A stretch of 44,093 nt of DNA from Acidovorax sp. (GTDB taxonomy: Bacteria > Pseudomonadota > Gammaproteobacteria > Burkholderiales > Burkholderiaceae_C), in the NCBI GenBank assembly GCA_039593925.1, contig JBCNOJ010000001.1:1-44093 (forward strand), given 5' to 3'. A program made the translations under genes and the position numbers. Positions 1 through 9,396 of this stretch are shown here, piece after piece; the first letter of the stretch is position 1; every line of letters begins with the position of its first letter. The notes under the pieces are model-generated. The model was not told the DNA's origin. It searched no databases and was given only the letters and a program-made list of their open reading frames with translations.

Positions 1-268
1 GGTCATGCAGCGCATCGCGCGCGGTCAGAATCAACACGGGCATGGACGGGCTGGCCATGTCCGGGCGGCGCAGGCGGCGGGTGAGCTCCAGCCCATCCAT
101 GGCAGGCAGGCCAATGTCGATGATGGCCGCATCAAAGGACTCGCTGCGCAGCACCTCTTCGGCCCGCTCGCCGCTGCCCACCCAATCGACGGCATAGCCG
201 GCATCCGTCAGGCCCAGTTTGATGCCACTGGCCACCATCACATCGTCTTCGACCAGGAGCAAGCGCAT
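1..268 (-). CDS. OmpR/QseB-family two-component response regulator (N-terminal part; runs off the window)
   Basis: Not in the ORF track. Manual translation of the minus strand from ATG at 268 gives MRLLLVEDDVMVASGIKLGLTDAGYAVDWV...AAIIDIGLPAMDGLELTRRLRR...PVLILTARDALHD, a receiver domain (VEDD, DxxLPxMDG, LTA). Confidence 0.9.
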   Translation of the reverse strand, partial: MRLLLVEDDVMVASGIKLGLTDAGYAVDWVGSGERAEEVLRSESFDAAIIDIGLPAMDGLELTRRLRRPDMASPSMPVLILTARDALHD

Positions 269-288
269 GGCAGGCCGTAGAAGCTGGC

Positions 289-1179
289 TCAGTGCGACCG
301 GATCATCGTGCCGTAGGCCTGATCGGTCAGGATTTCAAGCAGCATGGCGTGGGGCACGCGGCCATCGATGATGTGAACCGCGTTGACGCCGGCCTTGGCG
401 GCATCCAGCGCACCCGCAATCTTCGGCAACATGCCACCGGAAATGGTGCCATCGGCGAACAGCGCATCGATCTCACGGGCCGTCAGGTCGGTGAGCAGGT
501 TGCCCTGCTTGTCCAGCACACCCGGCGTATTGGTCAGCAACATCAGCTTTTCTGCCTGCAACACCGTGGCCAGCTTGCTTGCCACCACGTCAGCGTTGAT
601 GTTGTAGCTCTCGTTGTTCTCGCCGAAGCCGATGGGGCTGATGACGGGAATGAACGCATCGTCCTGCAGCGCCTTGACCACACTGGGATCGATGGAGACG
701 ATGTCGCCCACCTGGCCCACATCGTGTTCGATGGTGGGGTCCTTGCTGTCCACCATCTTGAGTTTCTGGGCGCGGATCATTCCGCCATCGCGGCCGGTCA
801 GACCCACGGCCTTGCCGCCCGCCTGGTTGATCAGGCCCACGATGTCCTGCTGCACCTCACCCGCCAGCACCCACTCAACCACTTCCATGGTCTCGGCGTC
901 GGTCACGCGCATGCCCTGGATGAACTCGCCCTTCTTGCCCAGGCGGTTCAGCGCCGTTTCAATCTGTGGGCCGCCGCCGTGCACCACCACGGGGTTCATG
1001 CCCACCAGCTTGAGCAGCACCACGTCTTCGGCAAAATCAGCCTGCAGCGCCGGGTCCGTCATGGCGTTGCCGCCGTACTTGATGACCATGGTCTTGCCAT
1101 GGAACTTGCGGATATAGGGCAGCGCCTGGGCCAGGATTTCAGCCTTGTCGCGCGGTGCAATCGAAAGAAGGTCGGTCAT
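289..1179 (-). CDS. argB: Acetylglutamate kinase
   Basis: [31 protein letters not shown] and GGMLPK motifs. Start moved to MTDLLS at 1179. Confidence 0.97.
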   Translation of the reverse strand: MTDLLSIAPRDKAEILAQALPYIRKFHGKTMVIKYGGNAMTDPALQADFAEDVVLLKLVGMNPVVVHGGGPQIETALNRLGKKGEFIQGMRVTDAETMEVVEWVLAGEVQQDIVGLINQAGGKAVGLTGRDGGMIRAQKLKMVDSKDPTIEHDVGQVGDIVSIDPSVVKALQDDAFIPVISPIGFGENNESYNINADVVASKLATVLQAEKLMLLTNTPGVLDKQGNLLTDLTAREIDALFADGTISGGMLPKIAGALDAAKAGVNAVHIIDGRVPHAMLLEILTDQAYGTMIRSH

Positions 1180-1267
1180 GGGGGCGGGCCATCCGGTGTA
1201 GAAAACTGTGAGGCGCAAATTGTGCCGCATTCGGGGCAGGCTTTGACGCACGCCAGCGCCCCGCGTC

Positions 1268-2371
1268 TCAGTGCCGCAACCAGTGGGGCACCTTGAAACG
1301 CACAATCGCAAAATACGCCATCACATAGCTGATGACAAAAAGCGCACAAAACGCCATCAAGAGCGGCGTATTGCTCCAGAACAACACGGCCGGGACCACC
1401 GTCAGCAGCGTAAAGCCCCACAGGTAGGGGGACGTGCGGTTGTTGCGCATCAGCACCCGGCGGGATTCGTCGTCATGAAACACCCCGCGCACGATGCGCC
1501 GGTAGATCAATTGGTGAAAATGCAGCGCGTCGGCCACGCCCGGCGAAACGCCCCGCACCGCCTTGCGGTAAATAGAGAACATGGTTTCCCACACGGGGTA
1601 GATCAGCAGCAGCATGGGAAACCAGGGCGACACATCCGAATTGCGCTGCACCAGCGAGATGCTGGCAAGTGCGATCACCACGCCCCATATATAGGCGCCA
1701 CCGTCGCCGGCGAACAGCATGCCGCGCGGGTAGTTCCACACCAAAAACCCGCCCGTAGCTGCCGCCATAGACACCAGCAACGCTGCCAAAGCCCGGTCGC
1801 CCACCTGCAGGGCCACATGGGCAAGCGCCAGGCAGACGATGAGCGCCACCATGCCGGCCAAGCCGTTGTAGCCGTCGATGATGTTGAAGGCGTGGGGAAG
1901 GCCGGCGACGGCCAGGACAACGATGGCGATGCCGACCCAAGGGGCGGCGGTCAGCACCGAATCCAGCCAAGGCCAGCCTATGCGTGGAAGGGACAAATCA
2001 AGCAAACACACGGCCAGCGCGCCGGAGGCCCCCGTCAGGATGAGACGGTAGCGAACGGACAGGCGCTGGGTCATGTCTTCGGCAATACCGCCGAGTGCTG
2101 CAGGTAACAGCGTGGCCAGCCACAACCCTACCCATCCGCCAAGCCTGAGCGAACCCGGATCACCCCAAACAGCAGATTGCAACACTCCGAGCCCCCAACT
2201 CACGCACATGCCTAACAGCAGTGCCGCTCCGCCGAGCCGTGGAATATCCCCCAGATGAAACCTCTGTGGCATGGCTTCGCTGTAGACCGCTGCATGCTCC
2301 CGCCCCCATCGCACGATGAACCCTGCAGCCAGCGCCGCCATCAAAAAACCAACCACAGACAACCAAATCAT
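1268..2371 (-). CDS. Glycosyltransferase family 4 (MraY/WecA-like) undecaprenyl-phosphate HexNAc-1-phosphate transferase
   Basis: Polytopic membrane protein with [28 protein letters not shown] and HFHQ motifs. The ATG at 2371 overlaps the upstream stop (ATGA). Confidence 0.9.
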   Translation of the reverse strand: MIWLSVVGFLMAALAAGFIVRWGREHAAVYSEAMPQRFHLGDIPRLGGAALLLGMCVSWGLGVLQSAVWGDPGSLRLGGWVGLWLATLLPAALGGIAEDMTQRLSVRYRLILTGASGALAVCLLDLSLPRIGWPWLDSVLTAAPWVGIAIVVLAVAGLPHAFNIIDGYNGLAGMVALIVCLALAHVALQVGDRALAALLVSMAAATGGFLVWNYPRGMLFAGDGGAYIWGVVIALASISLVQRNSDVSPWFPMLLLIYPVWETMFSIYRKAVRGVSPGVADALHFHQLIYRRIVRGVFHDDESRRVLMRNNRTSPYLWGFTLLTVVPAVLFWSNTPLLMAFCALFVISYVMAYFAIVRFKVPHWLRH

Positions 2372-3156
2372 GGGGTGCCGATGGTACCCGCGCTGGCTGA
2401 CGGCGACGTTAAGAACTGTTGCGCCCTTCCATACACAGGCGACAGCCACAACCGCAACAGGCTGCGGACATGCCAGGACAGGTGTTTCAAGCTACGCCCG
2501 CTGGCGCGTTGACCAACATGGATGACCCGTACGGGCGCCTTGACCAAGCGCAAGCCACGCAACCGCAGCCGAAGACAAAAATCCACGTCCTCGCAGTACA
2601 TGAAATACCGTTCATCAAAACCACCCAGTTCCCGCCAGACGCTATTTGGCACCACGATGCAGGCGGCGTTCACCCAATCCACCCGCGTCTCGCGACGCCC
2701 CAAGAGCCTGCGGCGAAGCAAAGCGCCCGGAGAAGGCAACTCGCGCTCACTGCCCTGTACCCGCCCCTGCTCGTCCACCTGCTCCGGATAGGCACAGCCT
2801 GTACCTGGCACGCTGCCCACAGCCACCAGGGCCGTGAACGGGTCCCCATCCGCCAGTGCCACATCTGGATTGAGTACGCACACAAATTCTTCCGAGGCCC
2901 GCCGCAGCGCCAGGTTGTGATTGAAGCCAAAACCCTTTGGCGTGCGATTGACGAGCACTTTTAATTCGAACGGCCAGCCTGTCACTGGCGGCGTCGGCGT
3001 CGGCTCGGGCAGGTTCTGCACCAAAACAACCCGCGAAACCGAGGCGGCCGAATGTGCAGCCAGTTGGAGCAGAAGGCGTTGCACCAACGCACCATGTCCA
3101 TGGCTGACGATGGAGACCACCAAGCGGCCGCGCTGTGAGGAGGAATTGTCAGGCAT
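2368..3156 (-). CDS. GT2 glycosyltransferase, WbbL-like putative rhamnosyltransferase
   Basis: VSIVSH, GFGFNHNLA, VLNPD and GGFDERYFMYCEDVDFCLR are typical of GT2 WbbL/rhamnosyltransferases. Confidence 0.85.
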   Translation of the reverse strand: MPDNSSSQRGRLVVSIVSHGHGALVQRLLLQLAAHSAASVSRVVLVQNLPEPTPTPPVTGWPFELKVLVNRTPKGFGFNHNLALRRASEEFVCVLNPDVALADGDPFTALVAVGSVPGTGCAYPEQVDEQGRVQGSERELPSPGALLRRRLLGRRETRVDWVNAACIVVPNSVWRELGGFDERYFMYCEDVDFCLRLRLRGLRLVKAPVRVIHVGQRASGRSLKHLSWHVRSLLRLWLSPVYGRAQQFLTSPSASAGTIGTP

Positions 3157-3164
3157 GGGCCACT

Positions 3165-3212
3165 ATTGTCTCCGCTGCAGCCCTGATTCCTTCGGATGTG
3201 CGCCGTCATAAT
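3165..3212. promoter_or_regulatory. Back-to-back -10-like hexamers directly upstream of two divergent start codons (probable leaderless promoters)
   Basis: Plus strand: CATAAT at 3207-3212, 6 nt before ATG 3219. Minus strand: GACAAT at 3170-3165, 8 nt before ATG 3156. No SD sequence in either spacer. Confidence 0.5.
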
Positions 3213-3218
3213 CGCCGC

Positions 3219-6200
3219 ATGACGAATTCAATTGACGACCTTCACGTGTATTTGCGCTCCATTGCAGAGGGGGAGCGCACATCTCTGTCGGTCTTGGCAA
3301 GCCTGGTTCACGAAGGTGCTACCGTGCTGGACCTGGGGTGCGGCAGTGGCGCACTGGGCCAGCACCTGAAAGAAACCCGCCAGTGCATTTCTGATGGGGT
3401 AACCCTCAGCCAGGCAGAAGCCGACCACGCCCAGCCGCACTACCGGCGTGTCGAAGTAGCCGACCTGGAAACCGCTGACCTGCGCAGAATGTTCGCCCAG
3501 CAGCGGTACGACTACATCGTGTGCGCAGACGTGCTGGAGCACCTCAAGCGACCGGAAGACGTTCTGCAGATGTGCAGGAATCTGTTGGCACCCGAGGGTA
3601 AGTTGCTGATTTCCGTGCCCAACGCCGCTTACGCTGGCCTCGTGGCCGAATTGCTGGAAGGCGAATTCCTCTACCGCGAAGAGGGCTTGCTGGACCGCAC
3701 CCACTTGCGTTTTTTCACACGCAGATCACTGGTTCGCTTCCTGTCAGAGCAACGCTGGGAACTGGACGTCGTGGACACCATCACGCGAGAGTTGCCCGAG
3801 TCCGAATTCCGGGTGGCATTCGACAGCTTGCCCCCCACCGTTGCACGCCATTTGCTGGGCTCGCCAGACGCGCTGACCTACCAATTCATCTGTGCCGCGC
3901 GCCCTGTGCAACACATTCCACAGGCTGCGCACCTTCCCGAGGAGAGGAAGGAAGCGCACGCGCGCTTCACGGCGCAGCTCTATCTGGGCCGCAACGGGCG
4001 CTATGCGGAAGAACACAAGCTGACTGCTACTGGCGTTATTGGGCAAGAGCGGCAGACCGTGCGCTTCCAACTCCCGGCTTCCTCCGAGCCGCTCACGAAG
4101 TTGCGCCTGGACCCGGCCGATCGACCAGGGTTTCTGCACTTGTACCGCATCACACTGCGCGACGATGCACAACAGCCGCTCTGGCACTGGCAGGCCGACG
4201 CCAGCACCCGGTCACTGCTTGCCACAGCTCCCCACAGCCAGATCGTGTGGCAGGCCCCCTTGCCGCCGGCATCCGGCGCCAGCCTTCTGCTGCTGGCAGG
4301 CACCGACCCCTGGCTGGAACTGCCCATCCCGACGAACGCTTTCACCCCCGCCAGCCACGCACCAGCAACGCTGGAAGTGGAGCTGGGATGGCCCATGTCG
4401 GCAGATTACCTAGCGCTTTCCAGCACCGTTGGCCCCCTTGGGGACCGCCTTGACGCCTTGGAGCGAAGCGCCCGCGAGACACAAGCACACTTGGAAGAAC
4501 AGCTGGGCAACACCCAGCACCGCTTGGCCACCAGCAGTGCGCGCAACAATGTACTGGAGGAAAGTAACAAGGCCCTGGCCCACCAGCGCTCCATGTGGCA
4601 CGAAGAGGCCACGCGTCTGAAAAAGGATTACGCCGCCTTGGCCTCGCACCTCAAGACCATAGAAAACTCCACAGTGTTCCGAGCCACCCGTCCCCTCGTC
4701 CACGCCAAGATGCGCGTTGACCGACTGCTGGGCCGCACGCCCGCCGCCACCGCAGCGCAGACAAAGCCCACCCCGGTGCCCGCCACGCCTACGTCCCATC
4801 CTGTTGATGTCATCGTGCCCGTCTATCGCGGGCTGGCAGACACCCGGCTATGCATCGACTCCGCCCTGGCCAGCACTTGCCAGACCCCCTGGCGGCTCAT
4901 CGTGATCAACGACGCGAGCCCTGAGCCTGAAGTCACCGCCTGGCTGCGCGAACGCGCCAAGCAAGACAGCCGCATCACACTGCTCGAGAACGTCGAAAAC
5001 CTTGGCTTCGTCGGCACCGTCAACCGCGGCATGGCGCTCAGTGACAGCAATGATGTGCTGCTGCTAAACAGCGACACAGAGGTGGCCAACGACTGGCTGG
5101 ACCGTATTCGCCGCGCGGCCTACAGCGACCAGAAGGTCGCCTCCGTCACCCCGTTTTCCAACAACGCCACCATCTGCAGCTACCCGCGCTTTTGCAAGGA
5201 CAACCAGTTGCCCGCTGGCTACAACACAGCGCAGCTCGATGCCTTGTGTGCGCAGACAAATGCAGGAGCCGTGGTGGACGTGCCCACGGGCGTCGGCTTT
5301 TGCATGTACATCCGGCGCGACTGCCTCGCCGCCGTCGGCCTGTTCGATACGGAAAACTTCGGTAAAGGCTACGGCGAAGAGAACGACTTCTGTCAGCGCG
5401 CCGCTGCAGGCGGCTGGCGCAACCTGCACCTGCTCGACACCTTCGTGCTGCACACGGGCGGCGTGAGTTTTGGTGACAGCAAGAGCCCGCGCGAGCGCGC
5501 TGCCATGGAGACGCTGCGCCGCCTGCACCCCAACTATGAGCGCGACGTACTCGCATTCGTGCAGGCCGACCCTGCACAACCCAGGCGACTGGCGATTGAC
5601 GTAGCTCGGATGCGCCAGGCACAGGAGGCCGGGCGTCAGGTGGTGCTGGCCGTGCTGCATGATCGCGCCGGCGGCACCCTGCGGCACGTCAGAGAGCTCG
5701 CCGCCCACCTTTCGCGCCAGGCCCAGTTCGTCACACTCACACCAGCCCCTGGCCGGTCCGTGCTCTTGCAGTGGGCTGGCGAAGCGGAAGGCTTTCAGCT
5801 GCAATTCAGCTTGGCAGACGACTCCGCAGCGTTGCTGCAGGCGCTGCGCCAACTGGGCGTTTCGCACATTCACTACCACCATCTGCTGGGGCACGACGAA
5901 AGCATTCTTGAATTGCCGCACCAGTTGGGCGTAGGTTACGACTTCACGGCGCACGACTTCTACAGCTATTGCACGCACATCTCACTCACCGGGCGAGACA
6001 ACCGCTACGCAGGAGAAGTGGCACCCGGACAATGCGCGTGCTGTCCGCCGGAAAGCGCAGCGCCCTATGGCGGCACCGTGGGCGCATGGCGCCATCGCAA
6101 CGTGCATTTCCTTACGGCAGCACGGCAGGTTTTTGCCCCCAGCCACGACACGGCAGTGCGCATCTCCGGGTTCGCACCGGGTGCCAAGGTACGCGTGGTA

Positions 6201-7013
6201 CCCCATACCGACCTGGGCAACCATGCCGCCCTGCCAGTGCCCGCTCCCGGCGTCCGCCCCGGGGGCTCGGCCTTGAAGGTCGTGGTGCTCGGCGCACTCA
6301 GTGCCATCAAAGGCGCGGACCTGCTGGAGGCCGTTGCCCTGGAAGCCGCACGCCGCAACGCGCCCGTTGAGTTCCACTTGCTGGGCTATAGCTACCGGCA
6401 CCTGCAGACCCAACCCAAGGCGCACCTCAGCGTGCACGGCGCCTACGACGACAAGGATTTGCCCCGCCTGCTTGCTTGGCTCCAGCCCGACCTTGCTTGG
6501 TTCCCCGCGCAATGGCCCGAGACTTACAGCTACACCCTCAGCGCCTGCCTGGAGGCGGGCTTGCCCGTGGTGGCCCCAAACCTGGGCGCGTTTGCCGAAC
6601 GGCTGCACCAACGCAGCTGGAGCTGGGTGGAACACTGGGACCAGACGCCCGCCCAGTGGCTGGACGCCTTTGAGCGGATGCGCGAGCGGAACTTTGCGAC
6701 CGGCGTGTCTCCTGCCCCTGCACAGTTGCCCACGGCCATTGCGCACGCACTACAGGCCGAACAGGCAACCGCCGCGGCGCCCTGGCATTACCAAGAAAGC
6801 TACCTGACCGCCGTGCCCAACGCCCAGCAGCCCATCGCTCTGCCGCTGGAGTTCATCGAAATCCACCGCGTGCAAACCACAGTAGCCACTGGTGCGCGCT
6901 CCGTATTGCTGGCGAGCATCGTGAAGCTGCGCTCACACCCCTTGCTGCGCGGGGTGGCACGGCGGGTGCCTCAACACTGGCAGACCAGGGTGAAGAACTG
7001 GCTGCGCGCCTAA
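3219..7013 (+). CDS. Multidomain glycan polymerase/terminator candidate: SAM methyltransferase + beta-rich domain + coiled coil + GT2 + GT4-like domain
   Basis: N-terminal VLDLGCGSG / ADVLEHL / GLLDRTHLRFFT (class I MTase). Heptad-rich segment ends in IENSTVFRATRPL. GT2 motifs VDVIVPVY, INDAS, LLNSDT, GYGEENDFC. C-terminal GT-B motifs IKG and WPETYSYTLSACLEAGLPVV. Start set at MTNSID. Confidence 0.88.
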   Translation: MTNSIDDLHVYLRSIAEGERTSLSVLASLVHEGATVLDLGCGSGALGQHLKETRQCISDGVTLSQAEADHAQPHYRRVEVADLETADLRRMFAQQRYDYIVCADVLEHLKRPEDVLQMCRNLLAPEGKLLISVPNAAYAGLVAELLEGEFLYREEGLLDRTHLRFFTRRSLVRFLSEQRWELDVVDTITRELPESEFRVAFDSLPPTVARHLLGSPDALTYQFICAARPVQHIPQAAHLPEERKEAHARFTAQLYLGRNGRYAEEHKLTATGVIGQERQTVRFQLPASSEPLTKLRLDPADRPGFLHLYRITLRDDAQQPLWHWQADASTRSLLATAPHSQIVWQAPLPPASGASLLLLAGTDPWLELPIPTNAFTPASHAPATLEVELGWPMSADYLALSSTVGPLGDRLDALERSARETQAHLEEQLGNTQHRLATSSARNNVLEESNKALAHQRSMWHEEATRLKKDYAALASHLKTIENSTVFRATRPLVHAKMRVDRLLGRTPAATAAQTKPTPVPATPTSHPVDVIVPVYRGLADTRLCIDSALASTCQTPWRLIVINDASPEPEVTAWLRERAKQDSRITLLENVENLGFVGTVNRGMALSDSNDVLLLNSDTEVANDWLDRIRRAAYSDQKVASVTPFSNNATICSYPRFCKDNQLPAGYNTAQLDALCAQTNAGAVVDVPTGVGFCMYIRRDCLAAVGLFDTENFGKGYGEENDFCQRAAAGGWRNLHLLDTFVLHTGGVSFGDSKSPRERAAMETLRRLHPNYERDVLAFVQADPAQPRRLAIDVARMRQAQEAGRQVVLAVLHDRAGGTLRHVRELAAHLSRQAQFVTLTPAPGRSVLLQWAGEAEGFQLQFSLADDSAALLQALRQLGVSHIHYHHLLGHDESILELPHQLGVGYDFTAHDFYSYCTHISLTGRDNRYAGEVAPGQCACCPPESAAPYGGTVGAWRHRNVHFLTAARQVFAPSHDTAVRISGFAPGAKVRVVPHTDLGNHAALPVPAPGVRPGGSALKVVVLGALSAIKGADLLEAVALEAARRNAPVEFHLLGYSYRHLQTQPKAHLSVHGAYDDKDLPRLLAWLQPDLAWFPAQWPETYSYTLSACLEAGLPVVAPNLGAFAERLHQRSWSWVEHWDQTPAQWLDAFERMRERNFATGVSPAPAQLPTAIAHALQAEQATAAAPWHYQESYLTAVPNAQQPIALPLEFIEIHRVQTTVATGARSVLLASIVKLRSHPLLRGVARRVPQHWQTRVKNWLRA

Positions 7014-7172
7014 GGCAGCATCAGTAGAAACGAGCCAAGAGGCCCCCAAATAGGCGCACCCAGGTGCTTGCACGGCCAGCGCCCGGGATGTGGATGGCAG
7101 TCTGCATACCCGCGGCCAATCGTCCTTTCGCCCCCGTGCAGCCAGTACGCGTACCTAATTACCGGTTGGTGG

Positions 7173-8771
7173 TTAGCGTGAAGGCTGACGTGACTGCGGG
7201 CGGCCAGTGGCCTCGTATAAGTCCACAAAAACTCCCCTGAACTCGCGCCCGGAAACCCACTGCAACACGCCTGCACAGCGCTGGTTCAGCATCTCAAAGT
7301 ACAGCCGGTGCATCTGGTGCTGAAACAGCACTACCGGCTCTCCATGTGCCCACGAACGCTGGCACAGCGCATCCACACCGTGGGGCACGTCATCCTGCGC
7401 GCCCACCGTCGTCAATACGTAAGGCTTATTGGCATCCGCCATGAAGCCGCGCAGGTAGTAATTGAAGTAGATGGCATTCGGGGCCCAGGTTGCCACTACC
7501 GTAGGCTTGCCCACCACCGTCTGGGCAATGTACTGAGAGGCCTCGCGGTACTCCTCCTTCCAGGGCTTCGCATAAGACGCCAGCACCGCGGGCAGGCAGA
7601 CCGCGCAACCCGCAAGCACCACTACCCCAGGCACAAGTCGATGACGCCCTGCCAACGAGAACAGCACGGCAAAAAGCGCCAAGCCCACGGGCAGCATGGC
7701 CGAGAAATACCGCTCGTGCCACACCCGCGCATTGAATGCCGTGTAGATGCCATACCCAAAATGCACCACCACCATGCCGACAAATGCTGCAGCCAGGAGC
7801 CAGCGCACGGCCCCTGCTCCTCCATTCGCACGGCTCTTCCATTGTCCCCACACCGCGCCAGCCAGCGCGCCTACCAACATGGCCCACAGCGCATGGGTGC
7901 CGGGCATGAAATAAGCAGCGGCCCTTGGCAGCATCAAGGCCCAGACATCCGACCAGCCATAGTCGCGCCAGCCAAAGCGGCCGGTGCCTGTCTCGGCCAT
8001 AGAAAACCAGTTCAGATAAAGCCAGGGCGCCAGCAGCAGAGGCACGCAGGCAAACCACAGAAACTCGCGCAGCGGCCTGCCCTGCCAACATGCCAGCACA
8101 AACCGCACGGCAACCAACCCACACGCCAGCACCAAGCCGGTGTAGTGCGTGTACGACAGCAGCACGTAGATCATCACGTCCAGCCCAAACCGTTCGGTAG
8201 CGAAGGCCCGTTGCCCAGCGCCTTGCCAATCAGGCAGGGCATAACGCACCAGCCGCACCACGGCGCAGGTGGCCAGCAGCATCAACACGCCATAGCCACG
8301 TGCCTCTTGTGCGTAGGCCACTGCAGAAGGTGACACCACAAACAGCAGTGCCGCCCCCCCTGCGGCCCACGCGCCCAACGGCCGCTTCAGTCCAACAAAC
8401 AGCACCAGGGGAGCCAGGCTTCCCGCCAGTGCGCCCAGTGCGCGCACAGCAAAGTCGGAAACGCCGAACACCTTCGTCCACAGCCACAGCAGCAGTTCAA
8501 ACAGGGGGGGCGAGTTTTCGCCGGCCTTCCAAGTCAGCGCGGAGTCTTCAATTCGCAGGTCGGGAAACAGCTTGGGCACATAGTCGTACCAAGGCCGCCC
8601 TTCCCCCACCTGCGTGATGATGGAGACAGAGAACAACTCGTCCGACCACAAGCCCTGCGCCCCCAGAGCATGAAAACGCAGTCCTAGCGACAGCACAGCC
8701 AACACAGTCAGGGCGCACAACTCAGCCATGCTCAGGTTCGCTACGCCCTTCCGCTCTGCCGGGTTCTTCAT
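7173..8771 (-). CDS. GT-C fold membrane glycosyltransferase (GT39/GT83, PMT_2-like), lipid-linked sugar transferase
   Basis: First TM helix followed by LWSDE, then NSPPLFELLL, AVRAL, YAQEARGYG and YTHYTG; many TM helices; C-terminal soluble domain after KEEYREA. ATG 8771 overlaps the upstream stop (ATGA). Confidence 0.8.
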   Translation of the reverse strand: MKNPAERKGVANLSMAELCALTVLAVLSLGLRFHALGAQGLWSDELFSVSIITQVGEGRPWYDYVPKLFPDLRIEDSALTWKAGENSPPLFELLLWLWTKVFGVSDFAVRALGALAGSLAPLVLFVGLKRPLGAWAAGGAALLFVVSPSAVAYAQEARGYGVLMLLATCAVVRLVRYALPDWQGAGQRAFATERFGLDVMIYVLLSYTHYTGLVLACGLVAVRFVLACWQGRPLREFLWFACVPLLLAPWLYLNWFSMAETGTGRFGWRDYGWSDVWALMLPRAAAYFMPGTHALWAMLVGALAGAVWGQWKSRANGGAGAVRWLLAAAFVGMVVVHFGYGIYTAFNARVWHERYFSAMLPVGLALFAVLFSLAGRHRLVPGVVVLAGCAVCLPAVLASYAKPWKEEYREASQYIAQTVVGKPTVVATWAPNAIYFNYYLRGFMADANKPYVLTTVGAQDDVPHGVDALCQRSWAHGEPVVLFQHQMHRLYFEMLNQRCAGVLQWVSGREFRGVFVDLYEATGRPQSRQPSR

Positions 8772-9370
8772 GCGCGGTAGCCAGGCACCGTCCAATAGCG
8801 CAGCTGCTGCATGAACCTGCGTCGCCAGCGTTGAGCGAACGAAAGAGGCGGTTGGCGAAACACACCTACCGTGTCGCCCCAGGGCGCACTCTCTGGATCG
8901 TCATGTGGCTCCCAGTCGGTGGTCACGGCCAGCAACTCCATGCTCGCGTATTTGGCCAGCGCCCGGTAGGCATCGGGATAAAAACGCCAGCAGTCTTGCG
9001 GATAACGGTGTTCCGGGCCGCGCGACGGCGCCAGCAGAAAGATGTGCCCACCCGGCTTGAGCACGCGCACCATTTCCATCCACGTCAGCCAGAAGAACTC
9101 TACATGCTCGAACGCTTGGCCTGACACGATCACGTCCACCGAGTGGCTGGCAAACGGCAGGCGATACGGCGACTGCAACACCACATCCACGTTCGGCCCG
9201 GCCGCCAGGTCTACGCCGGTGTACGTCCATGCAGGATGCAGGAAGAACTGTTTGTAACTGCCATTGACGTCGTAACTGCCGATGTCAATGATGTTCAACG
9301 GGGTGCTGGTCTTGGCCGACAAGTACTTGTGTACCAGCCCTTGCACATGTGCCAGGGAACTCTTGTGCAT
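8768..9370 (-). CDS. Class I SAM-dependent methyltransferase
   Basis: IIDIGSYDVNG, GVDLAAGPNVD, SGQAFEHVEFFW, RVLKPGG and HRYPQDCWRF. Confidence 0.88.
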   Translation of the reverse strand: MHKSSLAHVQGLVHKYLSAKTSTPLNIIDIGSYDVNGSYKQFFLHPAWTYTGVDLAAGPNVDVVLQSPYRLPFASHSVDVIVSGQAFEHVEFFWLTWMEMVRVLKPGGHIFLLAPSRGPEHRYPQDCWRFYPDAYRALAKYASMELLAVTTDWEPHDDPESAPWGDTVGVFRQPPLSFAQRWRRRFMQQLRYWTVPGYRA

Positions 9371-9396
9371 TCTTGATCCTTGTTGAGCTTCGAGGC

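Noticed and set aside
5-280. 91-aa plus-strand ORF
   Set aside because: Antisense shadow of the minus-strand response regulator (1-268).
292-1296. 334-aa plus-strand ORF
   Set aside because: Antisense shadow of argB; typical of high-GC codon bias.
7014-7172. 159-bp gap between convergent genes checked for sRNA, terminator or repeat
   Set aside because: No convincing stem-loop, repeat or known motif seen.
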